Positions 62,301 through 64,000 of a DNA stretch of 64,000 bases are shown here, piece after piece (position 1 is the stretch's first letter; the number at the start of each line of letters is the position of its first letter). The position numbers and the translations under genes are program-made. Source of the DNA: Trichoplax adhaerens (taxonomy: Eukaryota > Animalia > Placozoa); the NCBI RefSeq assembly GCF_000150275.1, contig NW_002060969.1, positions 248,001 to 312,000 on the forward strand. Reading direction: 5' to 3'. Below the pieces are notes generated by a model that saw nothing but the letters and a program-made list of their open reading frames with translations, ran no database searches and was not told the DNA's origin.

Positions 62301-63465
62301 AAACATAGAATTATTAAGCTACGGTTAGTAAACCCTGACGTGATGTGTTCGAGTTTTAGTGATACAGTTACAGTAATCGTCTTGTATTGTAAACACTGTA
62401 CGCTAGCAGTGTACTGCAATTGTAATTGATGTATTGTATAATTATTGCATACAATATACTCGTATGCGACATAGACCGGCTATAAATACTAATGTATCGT
62501 GAGCAAACAGACAGACGCGAGAGCAGTGGAATAGGAATAAAGAGCATGTTGAATTGCAGCCTGAGGGAATATCAAACTGCTTGAGACTTATATAACGATA
62601 CACTAATAAAGCTCCTTTCTTCTACTGCTACCTTCTATATACACATCGTTATATTATTTGAACATTATCACATAAGCTATGTATCACCATAGTCTTACTG
62701 ACATACTCGATAATGACTGATGCAGTAATGGTACGCATTACATGATGCATATGTATTTAATGCTCAAAAAGCATTCGAATAAGAAACAACTTGCTTATTA
62801 TCATAAAGCACGTACTATTATTTTTTGTTTTACTGTCAATCCTAAGGAACGTATAAGTCATACATTATACACATCTATCCATCCGAAATAGTTTAATTGT
62901 AATGTCATAACACGCACATTTATTCTTACTACGAATCTGTGGCGTTCATTGCGAGACAAGCAATATCTAGCAGGTTATGTGTAAGATAGTGTTAATGAGA
63001 AGATGTTATTACGAGATATTATAATACTATAGCACATGATGCGGTATACAATATTATGTAAGAGGTAACGATGTAACTGTAACTTGTATGCCAATGTATG
63101 TTGATGAGTTATCGGGTTCAGCACAGCACGGTACTATATTACTTCGACTGTATATCAGAAGCTAGTATTGAATAAATTCGGCATTATTTTGTTGGCCTTA
63201 TTCTGTATTTCTATAAGCTATTCTAAGCTGGATACATAGCATAACTGATGTATGCTTACAGCCCTGGAATATTCGGGATTAACTTAGATATTTCTTAGGA
63301 TTATCCAATTCTAAGGGTTGACACTACCAGTATTATACAAGCATAAAGCATAATACGGTAGCCTACGCCTAGTCTGAAGTTAGGAGCTATTGTATAACAC
63401 ATACCAAATAATATTCAGTATATACAATGCTGTACCTGTAAAGGAACACATTCGCGTCCTTTCAT
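56334..63465 (-). CDS. F-box/WD40 repeat protein (FBXW7/beta-TrCP-like architecture: D-domain, F-box, 7 WD40); apparent frameshifting deletion near 61825; start tentative
   Basis: Intact spliced exons give VSLKWQMLAENDQLWKLKC, WKRIFQTNLTLRKNWERG and seven GH…WD repeats ending …SASYDHEIKIWDFNV…PKR* (stop 56334-56336). Exon 61957-61795 carries the D-domain-like WFQNVWNTFQRHEFLKQLV in one frame and the F-box fragment DARELFIASM in another. Putative first exon MKGRECVPLQ at 63465-63436. Confidence 0.82.
57105..57455 (+). repeat. Intronic dispersed repeat, copy 1 (inverted relative to copy 2 at 62084-62672)
   Basis: The blocks tataacgatgtg…ggtagc…tagaagaaaggagctttattagt, gatccag…gagatcaatgacaac, caactgactttaattatatctaacacata and aaacaacataagaaacaat…gtaggtgcacgg are all found, with few mismatches, as reverse complements in 62084-62672. 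Confidence 0.9.
59328..59409 (+). repeat. Dispersed repeat, copy B (copy A at 12697-12784)
   Basis: See copy A. This copy lies in an intron of the F-box/WD40 gene. Confidence 0.85.
62084..62672 (-). repeat. Intronic dispersed repeat, copy 2, interrupted by a solo LTR
   Basis: The reverse complement matches 57105-57455 on both sides of the 62279-62602 insertion. It lacks about 105 bp present in copy 1. Confidence 0.88.
62279..62602 (+). mobile_element. Solo LTR of an LTR retrotransposon (324 bp)
   Basis: TG…CA termini with a 6/7 terminal inverted repeat (TGTAACG…CGATACA). 5-bp target-site duplication CTAAT at 62274-62278 and 62603-62607. TATAAATA at 62481 and AATAAA at 62536. The uninterrupted homologous site in repeat copy 1 has a single CTAAT (attag at 57163-57167). 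Confidence 0.85.
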
Positions 63466-64000
63466 AATCGATATGCGTCTATGATGGTCTCTATTATCAG
63501 AAGAAAAACTTCCAGTTAACAGATAACAAGATAATAAAAAAGATTACATGTACAACAATTAGGCTAAACTGACCCGATTCTCGCCGTAATAGTTGGAATT
63601 TCATTTTTTTGCATATGTCTACGTAAGATATCACCATCCGTAGATCTGATAGTAGACCTTTCTATACCTTTAGAGCTTAAAAATAATGTTGCTATTTAAA
63701 ACGCATTACTAAACTTAATATGTGCCAATTCGCAGTACTGTATTAAATTAAATTTTATATTTTCCTTTATTTATAAATTATATAATGGAAGTTTGGTGAA
63801 CTTATAGTGCAATGATCTGTTTGATTTTTATTGCATGACTATCTTAGTCTGTTAAGTGTATATTTATTTCAATAATTTCTTTATCAAATATTTCATCGTG
63901 GTATTTTTGAGAGTGCAGTAATTATAATCTTACTTGAAAAGATAATCCCTTCCTGGATTAGCGTAAATTGTTGGTAACACTGATTCTTTTTTGAGTCCTT

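Overview
AT-rich eukaryotic (animal) genomic DNA with compact, intron-dense genes (introns mostly 70-200 nt) and palindromic ACAGT/ACTGT pentamer arrays at gene 5' ends. The style fits a placozoan such as Trichoplax (inference). The ORF track misses most genes because the exons are short, so gene models were built by hand from GT-AG junctions and reading phase. Gene order: DNAH1 3' end (+), two-pore channel TPC2 (-), TMEM258 (+, with a U12-type intron), a hidden 13+ exon EF-hand protein gene (-), synaptotagmin-1-like (+), CEP290 (+), a decayed third synaptotagmin (pseudogene, -), synaptotagmin-7-like (-), BTBD10/KCTD20 (+) and an F-box/WD40 gene (-) with an apparent frame-breaking lesion at its D-domain/F-box junction. 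The most notable observations are: (1) a three-member synaptotagmin cluster with full Ca2+-ligand sets in the two intact genes; (2) the cryptic EF-hand gene facing away from Syt1; (3) a 324-bp solo LTR whose empty insertion site is visible in an inverted repeat copy 5 kb away; (4) ACAGT arrays that mark the mapped 5' ends of six identified genes.
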